Counted from the first letter of the stretch, positions 1 through 8,331 are shown. The stretch is DNA of 25,972 bases from Oscillospiraceae bacterium (GCA_017451665.1 JAFTNX010000001.1:1-25972), one strand, 5' to 3'. Notes: generated by a model not told the origin, from the sequence alone. Program-made: numbers and translations.

Positions 1-14
1 ATAACTGGATACAT
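1..14 (-). CDS. First codons (M-Y-P-V...) of the next gene in the sugar operon, truncated by the window edge; possibly L-fucose isomerase
   Basis: SD AAAGGAGAG followed by ATG TAT CCA GTT AT, directly after the kinase stop. YPV(I) resembles the YPVIGIRP N-terminus of Firmicute FucI, but only 4 codons are visible. Confidence 0.35.
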
Positions 15-29
15 AAAAATCTCTCCTTT

Positions 30-1520
30 TTAATTTAATGCTGTTTCCTTAACAAACATAATCTCTAAAAATCTGTCGTATGCCTCGTTTATTTCCGAAG
101 AATCCCCCGTCGGTTTGTAGGTAACTGTTTCTTCGGAATTTCTTATAATCCTTCTTGCGTGGGAAATATCCTCGATTTCCCCGTGAGAAATAAGCTGAAT
201 AGCGATATTTCCCAAAACTGTCGCCTCAATCGGGCCTGCAACCACCTTTTTCTGGCATATATCAGCAACCGTCTGACAAAGCAGTTTGTCCTTGATTCCT
301 CCACCCACAATATGAATTGTGTCGTAGTCTTTTCCCGTAGCTTCGCTCAAAAGCTCAATGGTGTATCTGTACTTCATTGCAAGGGATTCATAAATACATC
401 TTACGATTTCTCCGACCTTTTGTGGGATTTCCTGTCCTGTATTTTTACAATACTCTCTTATTCTTTCAGGAATGTTTCCTGCCGGTGTAAAGTCAGCGTA
501 ATCGGGATTTACAAAAGACTTCAACGCAACAGCCTCTGACGCTTCCTTTGTAAGCTGTGAAAAGGAATATTCAACACCTTCCCTCGCCCACTGTCGTCTG
601 CTTTCCTGAATAAGCCACAAGCCGATAATGTTATTCAAGAGATTTACTGTGCCGTCAAATCCCACCTCGTTAGTAAGGTTTAATCGGCATGTTGTTTCTG
701 AAATAACAGCCTCCTCAAGCTCTGTTCCAAAAAGCGACCATGTACCACAGGAAAGGAAAATAAAGTCCTTATCCTTAGCAGGTGTAGCCATAACTGCGTT
801 TTGTGTATCGTGTTCACAAACAGCAATAACAGGCACTCTCTCAACGCCTAATTCTTCACAAATTTCTTCTGAAAGCATTCCCACAACAGCACCACTTTTT
901 ATAATCGGTGCAAAAAGTCGCTGTGGAATTCCAAGCTTTTTCATAACCTCAACATTCCAGTCCATGGTTTTCGGGTCTAAAAGCTGTGTAGTTGACGCTA
1001 TTGAAAGCTCGGTGTATTTTTCCCCCGTGAGAAAGTAGTTGAACAAATCGGGCATCATAAGTAAGGTTTCTGCGTTATCAAGAATATGAGGACGGTTTTT
1101 ACAAAGGCTTAAAAGCTGAAAAGCCGTATTTATCTCCATAAGCTGATTTCCCGTTTCAAGATAGAGGTCGGTATTTGTAATAAACTTTTCCGAATATGAC
1201 ATCATTCCCTCTGTACGCTTGTCACGGTAGTTTACAGGGTTTTCAATCAGCTGTCCGTCTTTTCCCAGAAGTCCGAAATCCACGCCCCATGTGTTAATTC
1301 CGATACTGTCAAAACCACCATTCTGTTTTGCCTTTAAAATGCCCTGCTTTATTTCAAAAAACAGTCTTAAAGCGTCCCAATAAAAGGTTTTCCCCACCAT
1401 AACAGGGTCGTTTGAAAAACGGTGAATTTCCGTTAAAGATATTTTTTCTCCGTCAAAAGTCCCAAGCATCGCACGTCCTGACGATGCGCCAAAATCAAAA
1501 GCAAGTATCCTCTTTCCCAA
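30..1520 (-). CDS. rhaB: FGGY-family rhamnulokinase/L-fuculokinase (RhaB-like)
   Basis: 496 aa; TTG start with SD AAGGAGG; motifs DFGASSGR, TWGVDF, YRD.RT, HDT, LSCGTWSLFG, GGG, GPIEAT.LGN. Confidence 0.88.
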   Translation of the reverse strand: MGKRILAFDFGASSGRAMLGTFDGEKISLTEIHRFSNDPVMVGKTFYWDALRLFFEIKQGILKAKQNGGFDSIGINTWGVDFGLLGKDGQLIENPVNYRDKRTEGMMSYSEKFITNTDLYLETGNQLMEINTAFQLLSLCKNRPHILDNAETLLMMPDLFNYFLTGEKYTELSIASTTQLLDPKTMDWNVEVMKKLGIPQRLFAPIIKSGAVVGMLSEEICEELGVERVPVIAVCEHDTQNAVMATPAKDKDFIFLSCGTWSLFGTELEEAVISETTCRLNLTNEVGFDGTVNLLNNIIGLWLIQESRRQWAREGVEYSFSQLTKEASEAVALKSFVNPDYADFTPAGNIPERIREYCKNTGQEIPQKVGEIVRCIYESLAMKYRYTIELLSEATGKDYDTIHIVGGGIKDKLLCQTVADICQKKVVAGPIEATVLGNIAIQLISHGEIEDISHARRIIRNSEETVTYKPTGDSSEINEAYDRFLEIMFVKETALN

Positions 1521-1544
1521 AGTGCTACCTCCTTTTTTAAAAAG

Positions 1545-2225
1545 CTATTCCTTAGGGTATTTTTTATAGCCAGGGTGCTTTCCTGTTACGCCGTAGTTAG
1601 GACGCATTCCGATAAGTCTGTCGATATTTTCTCTTGAAATGTCCTTAACTCCTCCAAGAAGTCTTGCAACAAGTGAAATTTTTGCCTGAAGCTCAAGAGT
1701 TTCCATTCTGTAATAAGCAGTAATCAAATCTGCCCCCACTGTCAGCGCACCGTGGTTCTCAAGAAGCATAACGTCGTGCTCCTGAAGATATGGTGTGATT
1801 GCCTCCGGCACCTCGTATGTAGATGGTGTTCCGTATGGTGTAAGTGGAACAGAGCCAACTGCGATAACTGTTTCAATCATACAATAGTCGTCCATCGGAA
1901 GCTGTGCGCAGGCAAAACCTGTTGCAACAGGTGGGTGTGCGTGAACAACAGCCCCTACGTCAGGTCTTTCACGGTAGCATCTCAGGTGCATTTTAACCTC
2001 GCTTGAAGGTCTCCAACCCTCTGCTGCCTCGATAATGTTGAAATCGTCGTCAATAAGTCCGATTTTGTCAGCAGTAATAAATGCCTTGCTTACCCCTGTC
2101 TGTGTTGCAAGGTATCTGCCCTCTGCAACCTTGACAGTTACGTTTCCGTCGTTGGCTGCAACCCAGCCCTGCTGCCACATCTTGTGACAGATATCAACCA
2201 TTTGTTCCTTAATTTCCTCGTACAT
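1545..2225 (-). CDS. Class II (metal-dependent) aldolase/adducin family, FucA-like
   Basis: 226 aa; NDGNV, PSSE.KMH, VHAHP, NHG (three metal-binding His plus catalytic Glu). Confidence 0.88.
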   Translation of the reverse strand: MYEEIKEQMVDICHKMWQQGWVAANDGNVTVKVAEGRYLATQTGVSKAFITADKIGLIDDDFNIIEAAEGWRPSSEVKMHLRCYRERPDVGAVVHAHPPVATGFACAQLPMDDYCMIETVIAVGSVPLTPYGTPSTYEVPEAITPYLQEHDVMLLENHGALTVGADLITAYYRMETLELQAKISLVARLLGGVKDISRENIDRLIGMRPNYGVTGKHPGYKKYPKE

Positions 2226-2284
2226 AACAAATTTCCTTCCTTTTTCGCAAAATAATGCTAATTATCCACAATATAATACTAAAC

Positions 2285-2298
2285 TGTAATCGTTATCA
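2285..2298. promoter_or_regulatory. cre-like / LacI-family operator just downstream of the aldolase -10 box
   Basis: TGTAATCGTTATCA is a perfect match to the cre consensus TGWAANCGNTNWCA. Confidence 0.6.
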
Positions 2299-2300
2299 TA

Positions 2301-2329
2301 ATTATAAAACATTTCACCTCAAAAGTCCA
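2301..2329 (-). promoter_or_regulatory. Sigma-A promoter of the aldolase-kinase operon
   Basis: TGGACT-N17-TATAAT on the minus strand, 75 nt upstream of the ATG at 2225. Confidence 0.6.
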
Positions 2330-2351
2330 TTAGTTTTTGACCTTTGAGGTG
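2315..2351. repeat. 13-bp inverted repeat overlapping the -35/spacer of the aldolase promoter
   Basis: CACCTCAAAAGTC-N11-GACCTTTGAGGTG, 12/13 complementary. Confidence 0.8.
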
Positions 2352-2432
2352 TAAAATTTCTATGTAATTTTTAGTGCAAATTTACTAAAGTAAGGTTGGT
2401 AGCCACAAAGAAGTATATTATATGAAGTTATC

Positions 2433-2697
2433 GTGGAGAAACCTTTCTGAAGAAAGGTTGTCCCCAACAACAATCCGAAGGATTTTTGTTAGCCCCTATT
2501 CCAAAGACTTTAATACTGATTTGAGCCTGATAGGATAAACCCTATCAGGCTCAAATTAAATACTAAAGTTTTAGGAAAAGAGTTTGAGAAATAACCCTAT
2601 AATATGAGTAATTTTCGGTTTTGGAACAAAACGGCGAGGAAATCGAGCCGAGAAAATTACCAAAGGCTCTCGCTTAGCGAGAGCCAGGTTTTCTCAA
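2433..2697. repeat. Nested multi-hairpin palindromic element (REP/REPIN- or MITE-like)
   Basis: Perfect 16-bp stem ATTTGAGCCTGATAGG/CCTATCAGGCTCAAAT (2519-2556); 9-bp stem GGCTCTCGC/GCGAGAGCC (2665-2685); AACCTTTC/GAAAGGTT (2440-2459); GTAATTTT/AAAATTAC (2608-2660); degenerate inverted outer arms. Confidence 0.75.
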
Positions 2698-2713
2698 TAA
2701 GTCCGTGTAATAC

Positions 2714-3757
2714 TTATCTGTGACCTCTCAACTTATCATAAAGGCTTTTTTCAAAAGGTGGATAGCAGATACCTTTTTCTGTTACGATGGCAGTTATCAG
2801 GCTGTTATCGGTGACATCAAAGGACGGATTATAGCACTTCACCTCAGGCGCAACAGCCTTTTTATAGTGCATTGTTCGTATTTCTTCACCGTCACGAAGT
2901 TCGATTTTTATGTCGTCGCCCGTTTTACAGTTAAAGTCAACAGTTGACGACGGACAGAATACATAAAAAGGAACTCCGTAATATTTCGCAAGGACAGCCA
3001 CTCCGCTTGTGCCGATTTTGTTGGCAGTATCGCCGTTCTTCGCTACTCGGTCACAGCCCACAAAAACAGCGTTAATTCTGCCCTCTTTCATCACAATTGA
3101 CGCCATATTGTCGCATATAAGCGTCACGTCAGCACCTGCGTTTTTAAGCTCAAGGGCAGTTATTCTCGCTCCCTGCAACAAAGGTCGGGTTTCGTCAACA
3201 TAACAGTGAAACTCCATTCCCTTTTCAAGTCCCAAAATAATAGGCCCGAGACCTGTTCCGTATTTGCTTGTAGCAAGAGGCCCTGCGTTGCAGTGAGTTA
3301 AAATTCCGTCACCGTCTTTTACGAGAGAAAGTCCGTATTCCGAGATTTTTTTACACATCAAAACGTCTTCCTCGTAGATTGAAACAGCCTCTTTTTTGAG
3401 AATTTCTGAAATTTCAGCCTTGGATTTTTCGCAGTTTTATTCTGCTTTTTTAATCATTCTGCCCACTGCCCAGCTTAAATTCACAGCAGTAGGACGTGCG
3501 CTGTTTAAATATTCCCCCAAGTCTTTAAGTTCACTCAGAAAATCCTCTTCCGAAAGCATTCGCCCAAGAGAATACATACACATTCCTGCAAAAATCCCGA
3601 TACATGGCGCACCTCTGACCTTGAGCATTTTTATAGCTTCAAAAGCTGACTCTTTTGTTTTTATTTTTTCGTAAACTATCTGGTCAGGCAGTTTTGTCTG
3701 GTCTAAAATTACCACAAAATCGTCGTTTTCGTCAAGTCTGACATTCACAAGTTCCAT
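2714..3757 (-). pseudogene. mtnA: S-methyl-5-thioribose-1-phosphate isomerase, 347 codons, interrupted by one in-frame TAA at 3437-3439
   Basis: Track ORFs 3437-3757 and 2714-3361 share a frame, and the gap reads ...[34 protein letters not shown]... Motifs [43 protein letters not shown] are present. Confidence 0.88.
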
Positions 3758-4587
3758 CAGATTTTACCAAGCTCCCCGATTATTTTTGTAACAAGCTCCT
3801 TAAAAATCGGTGCTGTTCTGTCGGCAGTTTCCTTAACCTCCTCGTGTGTGAGAGGGTTGTCGGTCATTCCACAAGCAAGGTTTGAAATGCAGGAAATTCC
3901 ACAGATTTTCATACCCATATGGTTAGCAACAGTTGCCTCAACAGCAGTAGACATTCCCACTGCGTCAGCTCCTAAGTTTCTGAACATTCTGATTTCTGCC
4001 TTGCTTTCATAAGCAGGGCCTGCTGTCTGGAGATAAACGCCCTTTTTAAGCTTGATGTTATTCTCCTTGGCAGTATTCTCGATAATTTCACGGATATTCT
4101 TATCATAAATATCCGACATATCAGGAAAACGCACGCCCAGTTCATCAATATTTTCGCCCTTCAATGCGCTTGGAACGAATGAGGAAATATGGTCCTCGAT
4201 AAGCATAAGGTCCCCTGCTTTAAAGTCAAAATTCACGCCACCTGCTGCATTTGTCAAAAACAGGATTTCAGCGCCCATCATCTTCATAAGTCTTACGGGA
4301 AGCACAACATCAGTTGGTTCATAGCCTTCATAGAGGTGAACTCTGCCCTGCATAATAACAGTTTTAACGCCCATTACCTCACAAAAAACAAATCTTCCCT
4401 TATGTCCTGCAACAGTTGACACAGGAAAACCGGCGATTTCGTTATAGTCAATAACCCCATCAATCTTCTGACAGTCAGCGAAATCCCCCAGTCCCGAGCC
4501 TAAAATCAGCGCCACCTTTGGCTTATAAGGGATTTTATCCTTAACACATTCAAAGCAATCAAGCAGTTTTTCATAAACCTTATTCAT
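3757..4587 (-). CDS. punA: Purine-nucleoside phosphorylase, trimeric PNP-I type (6-oxopurine signature)
   Basis: 276 aa; ILGSGLG, GHKG, QGRVHLYEG, TNAAGG, GPAYE, VGMST, CISN; TGATG overlap with the mtnA start. Confidence 0.9.
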   Translation of the reverse strand: MNKVYEKLLDCFECVKDKIPYKPKVALILGSGLGDFADCQKIDGVIDYNEIAGFPVSTVAGHKGRFVFCEVMGVKTVIMQGRVHLYEGYEPTDVVLPVRLMKMMGAEILFLTNAAGGVNFDFKAGDLMLIEDHISSFVPSALKGENIDELGVRFPDMSDIYDKNIREIIENTAKENNIKLKKGVYLQTAGPAYESKAEIRMFRNLGADAVGMSTAVEATVANHMGMKICGISCISNLACGMTDNPLTHEEVKETADRTAPIFKELVTKIIGELGKI

Positions 4588-4620
4588 AATTCCACCTCAA
4601 ACATAAATTATATCACTTTG

Positions 4621-4649
4621 ATTTTACCACATCTTTTATTTTTTTGCAA
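4621..4649 (-). promoter_or_regulatory. Sigma-A promoter of punA-mtnA
   Basis: TTGCAA-N17-TAAAAT with extended -10 TG; a second TGA-TATAAT lies just downstream. Confidence 0.65.
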
Positions 4650-4650
4650 C

Positions 4651-4682
4651 AAAAAAGGTGTCAGATTTAACTCTGACACCTT
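4651..4682 (-). terminator. Intrinsic terminator of the r-protein superoperon
   Basis: AAGGTGTCAGA/TCTGACACCTT stem followed by a U run on the minus strand, 15 nt after the rplQ stop. Confidence 0.9.
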
Positions 4683-4697
4683 AATTTATGGTATTTA

Positions 4698-5039
4698 TTA
4701 AACAAGCTGAATGATAGCCATTTCAGCAGCGTCACCACGACGTGGTCCAATCTTGATGATTTTTGTGTATCCACCCTTACGTTCAGCGTAGCTTGGTGCG
4801 ATTTCATCAAAAAGCTTCTTTGCAACGCTTTCCTTTGTAACGTATGCAAGAACCTGTCTCTTTGAGTGGAGGTCGCCCACCTTACCCAAAGTAATCATCT
4901 TTTCAGTCATAGCGCTTACTTCTTTAGCTCTGGTTACAGTTGTTTCAATCTTACCGTTTTCGAGAAGGAAGGTAACCATTGCTCTGAGCATTGCTTTTCT
5001 GTGGTCGGTTGCTCTTCCCAACTTTCTTGTACCTGGCAT
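4698..5039 (-). CDS. rplQ: 50S ribosomal protein L17
   Basis: [38 protein letters not shown]. Confidence 0.98.
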   Translation of the reverse strand: MPGTRKLGRATDHRKAMLRAMVTFLLENGKIETTVTRAKEVSAMTEKMITLGKVGDLHSKRQVLAYVTKESVAKKLFDEIAPSYAERKGGYTKIIKIGPRRGDAAEMAIIQLV

Positions 5040-5055
5040 AGATATTCACTCCTTA

Positions 5056-6015
5056 TTAATCATTATCTTCTGAGCTAAGGTCATAACCCAAAGACTTGAG
5101 CTTTTCCTTAACCTCATCAAACGACTTCTTTCCGAGGTTTCTGACCTTCATCATTTCCTCTTCGCTCTTTTCAATCAAGTCGTTTACGGTATTTATTCCT
5201 GCACGCTTAAGACAGTTAAATGAACGTACAGACAAGTCAAGTTCCTCAATGGTCATCGCAAGGATTGTCTTGTTATCCTTGTCATCCTTTTCAGCCATCA
5301 TCTCAACAACGCTTGCCTCTTCTGAGAGGTCGATGAAGAGATTAAGATGCTCAGTGAGGAGTTTGGCTGCGATTGAGATAGCTTCCTTAGCCGAGATTGT
5401 TCCATCTGTCCAAACCTCGATGATAAGCTTATCATAGTCGGTAATCTGTCCTACACGAGCGTTTTCCACTGTGTAATTTACCTTTAATACCGGTGTGTAA
5501 ATACTGTCAACAGCAATAATTCCGATTGGAGCATTTACCATTGCAGCTTTATTCTTTTCTGCAGAAACGTATCCTCTTCCCTTATCGAGAACAATTTCCA
5601 TATAGAGCTTAGCACCAGCTCCGAGAGTAGCAATATGCATATCCGGAACGAGAATATTAACTTCTGAGTCAGTTTTGATATCTCCTGCTGTAACAACGCA
5701 TTCGCCTTCAGCTTCGATATAAACTGTCTTAGGGCCTTCGCCCTCAAGCTTTGCTGTAAGTCCCTTGAGGTTAAGAATGATTTCTGTTACATCTTCCTTA
5801 ACGCCTGGGATTGTTGAAAGCTCATGGTGTACTCCGTCAATCTTTACTGATGTAACTGCTACACCAGGAAGTGATGAAAGAAGTACTCTTCTGAGGCTGT
5901 TTCCAAGAGTTGTACCATAGCCACGCTCCAAAGGTGCCAAAACAAACTTACCGTATGTCCCGTCACTTTTGAGGTCTCTGCATTCGATTTCAGGCTTTTC
6001 GATTTTTTCCAGCAT
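5056..6015 (-). CDS. rpoA: RNA polymerase alpha subunit
   Basis: [24 protein letters not shown]; alpha-[17 protein letters not shown]. Confidence 0.99.
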   Translation of the reverse strand: MLEKIEKPEIECRDLKSDGTYGKFVLAPLERGYGTTLGNSLRRVLLSSLPGVAVTSVKIDGVHHELSTIPGVKEDVTEIILNLKGLTAKLEGEGPKTVYIEAEGECVVTAGDIKTDSEVNILVPDMHIATLGAGAKLYMEIVLDKGRGYVSAEKNKAAMVNAPIGIIAVDSIYTPVLKVNYTVENARVGQITDYDKLIIEVWTDGTISAKEAISIAAKLLTEHLNLFIDLSEEASVVEMMAEKDDKDNKTILAMTIEELDLSVRSFNCLKRAGINTVNDLIEKSEEEMMKVRNLGKKSFDEVKEKLKSLGYDLSSEDND

Positions 6016-6143
6016 TTAAAACCCTCCCGTTTTAAAAAAACTTAATTGTGGTTTTTAGCGAATGAATCAAGCAATATTCCTTAAGGAACCTGCCAAAATC
6101 GTTGTTAAGGCAGTGTTCCACAAAGGACATAAAGCTATATCGA

Positions 6144-6740
6144 TTATTTTGAGTACAACTCGACAATAAGGTGTTCTTCGATTTCGTAGTCGAGGTCTTC
6201 CTTAACTGGAAGTCTTGTAACCTTAGCTGTCTGTGCATCCTTGTTCATGTCGAGCCATGTAGGAACAATTCTGCCGTTTGTAGCTTCTACGATTTCCTTA
6301 AACTTAGTGCTCTTCTTTGAGTTTTCTCTGAGTGAGATAACGTCTCCAACCTTGATTCTGTAAGAAGGAATGTCAACTCTGCTTCCGTTTACGTCAAAAT
6401 GACCGTGAACAACAAGCTGTCTTGCTTCTCTTCTTGTCATAGCAAGTCCCATTCTGAAAACTACATTGTCAAGTCTTGTTTCAAGCATAGTAAGAAGGTT
6501 TGAACCAGCCTGGCCTTCCATCTTTTCTGCAAGTTCAAAGTAGTGGTGGAACTGCTTTTCGAGCATTCCATAGATGAACTTGAGCTTCTGCTTTTCTCTG
6601 AGCTGAAGTCCGTATTCACTTACTTTCTTTCTCTTGTTTGCGTTAGGGTCACGCTTTGTTTCCTTAGCTACACCCATAACCATTGGGCTGATTCCGAGAG
6701 CTTTACATCTCTTGAGAATTGGTTCTCTGCTTACTGCCAT
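6144..6740 (-). CDS. rpsD: 30S ribosomal protein S4 (form without zinc ribbon)
   Basis: SEYGLQLREKQK, LETRLDNVVFRMG, ARQLVVHGHF. Confidence 0.97.
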   Translation of the reverse strand: MAVSREPILKRCKALGISPMVMGVAKETKRDPNANKRKKVSEYGLQLREKQKLKFIYGMLEKQFHHYFELAEKMEGQAGSNLLTMLETRLDNVVFRMGLAMTRREARQLVVHGHFDVNGSRVDIPSYRIKVGDVISLRENSKKSTKFKEIVEATNGRIVPTWLDMNKDAQTAKVTRLPVKEDLDYEIEEHLIVELYSK

Positions 6741-6831
6741 AATTTTTTCCTCCGTTTTCTAAATAGTATCGGGCTTTAAGGACCTTCCTTTACCCGACTT
6801 TGAGTAAAACAAGTAACTCAAATTTTATAAA

Positions 6832-7230
6832 TTATACACGTCTTCTCTTTGGTGGTCTGCATCCGTTGTGTGGGATTGGTGTTACGTCCTTGATAAGACG
6901 AACTTCCAGTTCTTCTGTCTGAAGAGCTCTGATTGCAGCTTCTCTACCTGCACCAGGTCCCTTAACGTATACTTCAACGATTTTAAGGCCGTGTTCCTTA
7001 GCAGCTCTTGCTGCAACTTCTGCTGCTGTCTGTGCTGCGAATGGTGTTGACTTCTTTGAGCCTCTGAATCCAAGTCCGCCAGCTGATGCCCATGAAATTG
7101 CATTTCCCTGCATATCTGTAATTGTTACAATTGTGTTATTGAAAGTAGACTGGATATGAACCTGTCCCTGTTCAATGTTCTTTCTTTCACGTCTACGACG
7201 GATAGTAGTCTTCTTCTTAGCCTGAGCCAT
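6832..7230 (-). CDS. rpsK: 30S ribosomal protein S11
   Basis: [26 protein letters not shown]. Confidence 0.99.
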   Translation of the reverse strand: MAQAKKKTTIRRRRERKNIEQGQVHIQSTFNNTIVTITDMQGNAISWASAGGLGFRGSKKSTPFAAQTAAEVAARAAKEHGLKIVEVYVKGPGAGREAAIRALQTEELEVRLIKDVTPIPHNGCRPPKRRRV

Positions 7231-7244
7231 TGTTCACACCCTCC

Positions 7245-7613
7245 TTACTTCTTCTTATTTGCAATTGTCTTTACAGGACCCTTACGAGTTCTTGCATTTG
7301 TCTTTGTTCTCTGTCCTCTTACAGGGAGACCCTTTCTGTGACGGAGACCACGGTAGCAACCGATTTCTGTAAGTCTCTTAATATTAAGAGCAACATTTCT
7401 TCTAAGGTCGCCTTCTACTGTGAGGTTCTTGTCGATATATTCACGAAGCTTTGCTACGTCATCTTCTGACAAGTCCTTTACTCTTGTATCAGGATTTACT
7501 CCTGTTTCAGCGAGAATCTTTTCTGCTGTTTTCTGACCGATTCCGTAGATATATGTGAGTCCGATTTCAACTCTCTTATCTCTTGGCAGGTCGATTCCGG
7601 CAATACGAGCCAT
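7245..7613 (-). CDS. rpsM: 30S ribosomal protein S13
   Basis: [32 protein letters not shown]. Confidence 0.99.
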   Translation of the reverse strand: MARIAGIDLPRDKRVEIGLTYIYGIGQKTAEKILAETGVNPDTRVKDLSEDDVAKLREYIDKNLTVEGDLRRNVALNIKRLTEIGCYRGLRHRKGLPVRGQRTKTNARTRKGPVKTIANKKK

Positions 7614-7642
7614 AGTTTAACTGCACCTCCATTAATGGTATG

Positions 7643-7756
7643 TTAGCCCTGACGCTGCTTATGCTTTGGGTTAGCGCAAATTACCATAATCTTTCCTTTA
7701 CGCTTAATAACCTTGCACTTTTCGCAGATAGGCTTAACTGAAGGTCTTACTTTCAT
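7643..7756 (-). CDS. rpmJ: 50S ribosomal protein L36 (zinc-ribbon form); absent from the ORF track
   Basis: Manual translation [37 protein letters not shown]; SD AAGGAGG. Confidence 0.98.
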   Translation of the reverse strand: MKVRPSVKPICEKCKVIKRKGKIMVICANPKHKQRQG

Positions 7757-7824
7757 TGAAATACCTCCTTTGATTTACGACATGAGCTTTTTAGCTCAAA
7801 ACTCTTAAATACCTGTTTTGGTTA

Positions 7825-8043
7825 TTACTTGGCTCTCCAAGTAATTCTTCCCTTTGTCAAGTCATACGGTGACATCTCAACCGTAACCTTATCGCCGGGA
7901 ACTATACGAATGTAATTCATTCTCAGCTTTCCTGATACATGACCAAGAATAACGTGTCCGTTTGAGAGTTCAACCTTAAACATTGCGTTTGGCAAAGCTT
8001 CAAGGACTGTTCCTTCAACTTCAATTACATCTTCCTTTGACAT
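7825..8043 (-). CDS. infA: Translation initiation factor IF-1
   Basis: [38 protein letters not shown]. Confidence 0.99.
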   Translation of the reverse strand: MSKEDVIEVEGTVLEALPNAMFKVELSNGHVILGHVSGKLRMNYIRIVPGDKVTVEMSPYDLTKGRITWRAK

Positions 8044-8064
8044 TCTGACTACCTCCCTTTAAGG

Positions 8065-8319
8065 TTATGGTTTTTCGGAATTTCGGGTTTCAAATTCCGA
8101 CAAGATTTTTCGTAGTTTCTTGTTTGTCAGCATTTCCATACTGATTACTTCGTGCGTGGGTGAAATGTGCTTTATGTTTTTACGTTTTGGTTTTTCAAGC
8201 TTTCGCTCTTTTCCGTCGCAAAGTTCCACAAAGCCGTCGTGCAGTTGTGCCACTATCATCAAGCGGTCTTTCTCACGACCAGCACGAGCTCTTACTATGG
8301 AGCCGATTTGAATATTCAC
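8065..8319 (-). CDS. KOW-domain RNA-binding protein (L14e-like)
   Basis: GSIVRARAGREK, LCDGKERKLEKPKRKNIKH; usual position between map and infA in Firmicutes. Confidence 0.85.
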   Translation of the reverse strand: MNIQIGSIVRARAGREKDRLMIVAQLHDGFVELCDGKERKLEKPKRKNIKHISPTHEVISMEMLTNKKLRKILSEFETRNSEKP

Positions 8320-8331
8320 AATGCCAACCCC

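Noticed and set aside
2433-2697. CRISPR array or autonomous IS in the palindromic region
   Set aside because: There are no regularly spaced direct repeats, no cas or transposase ORF, and no clear target-site duplication.
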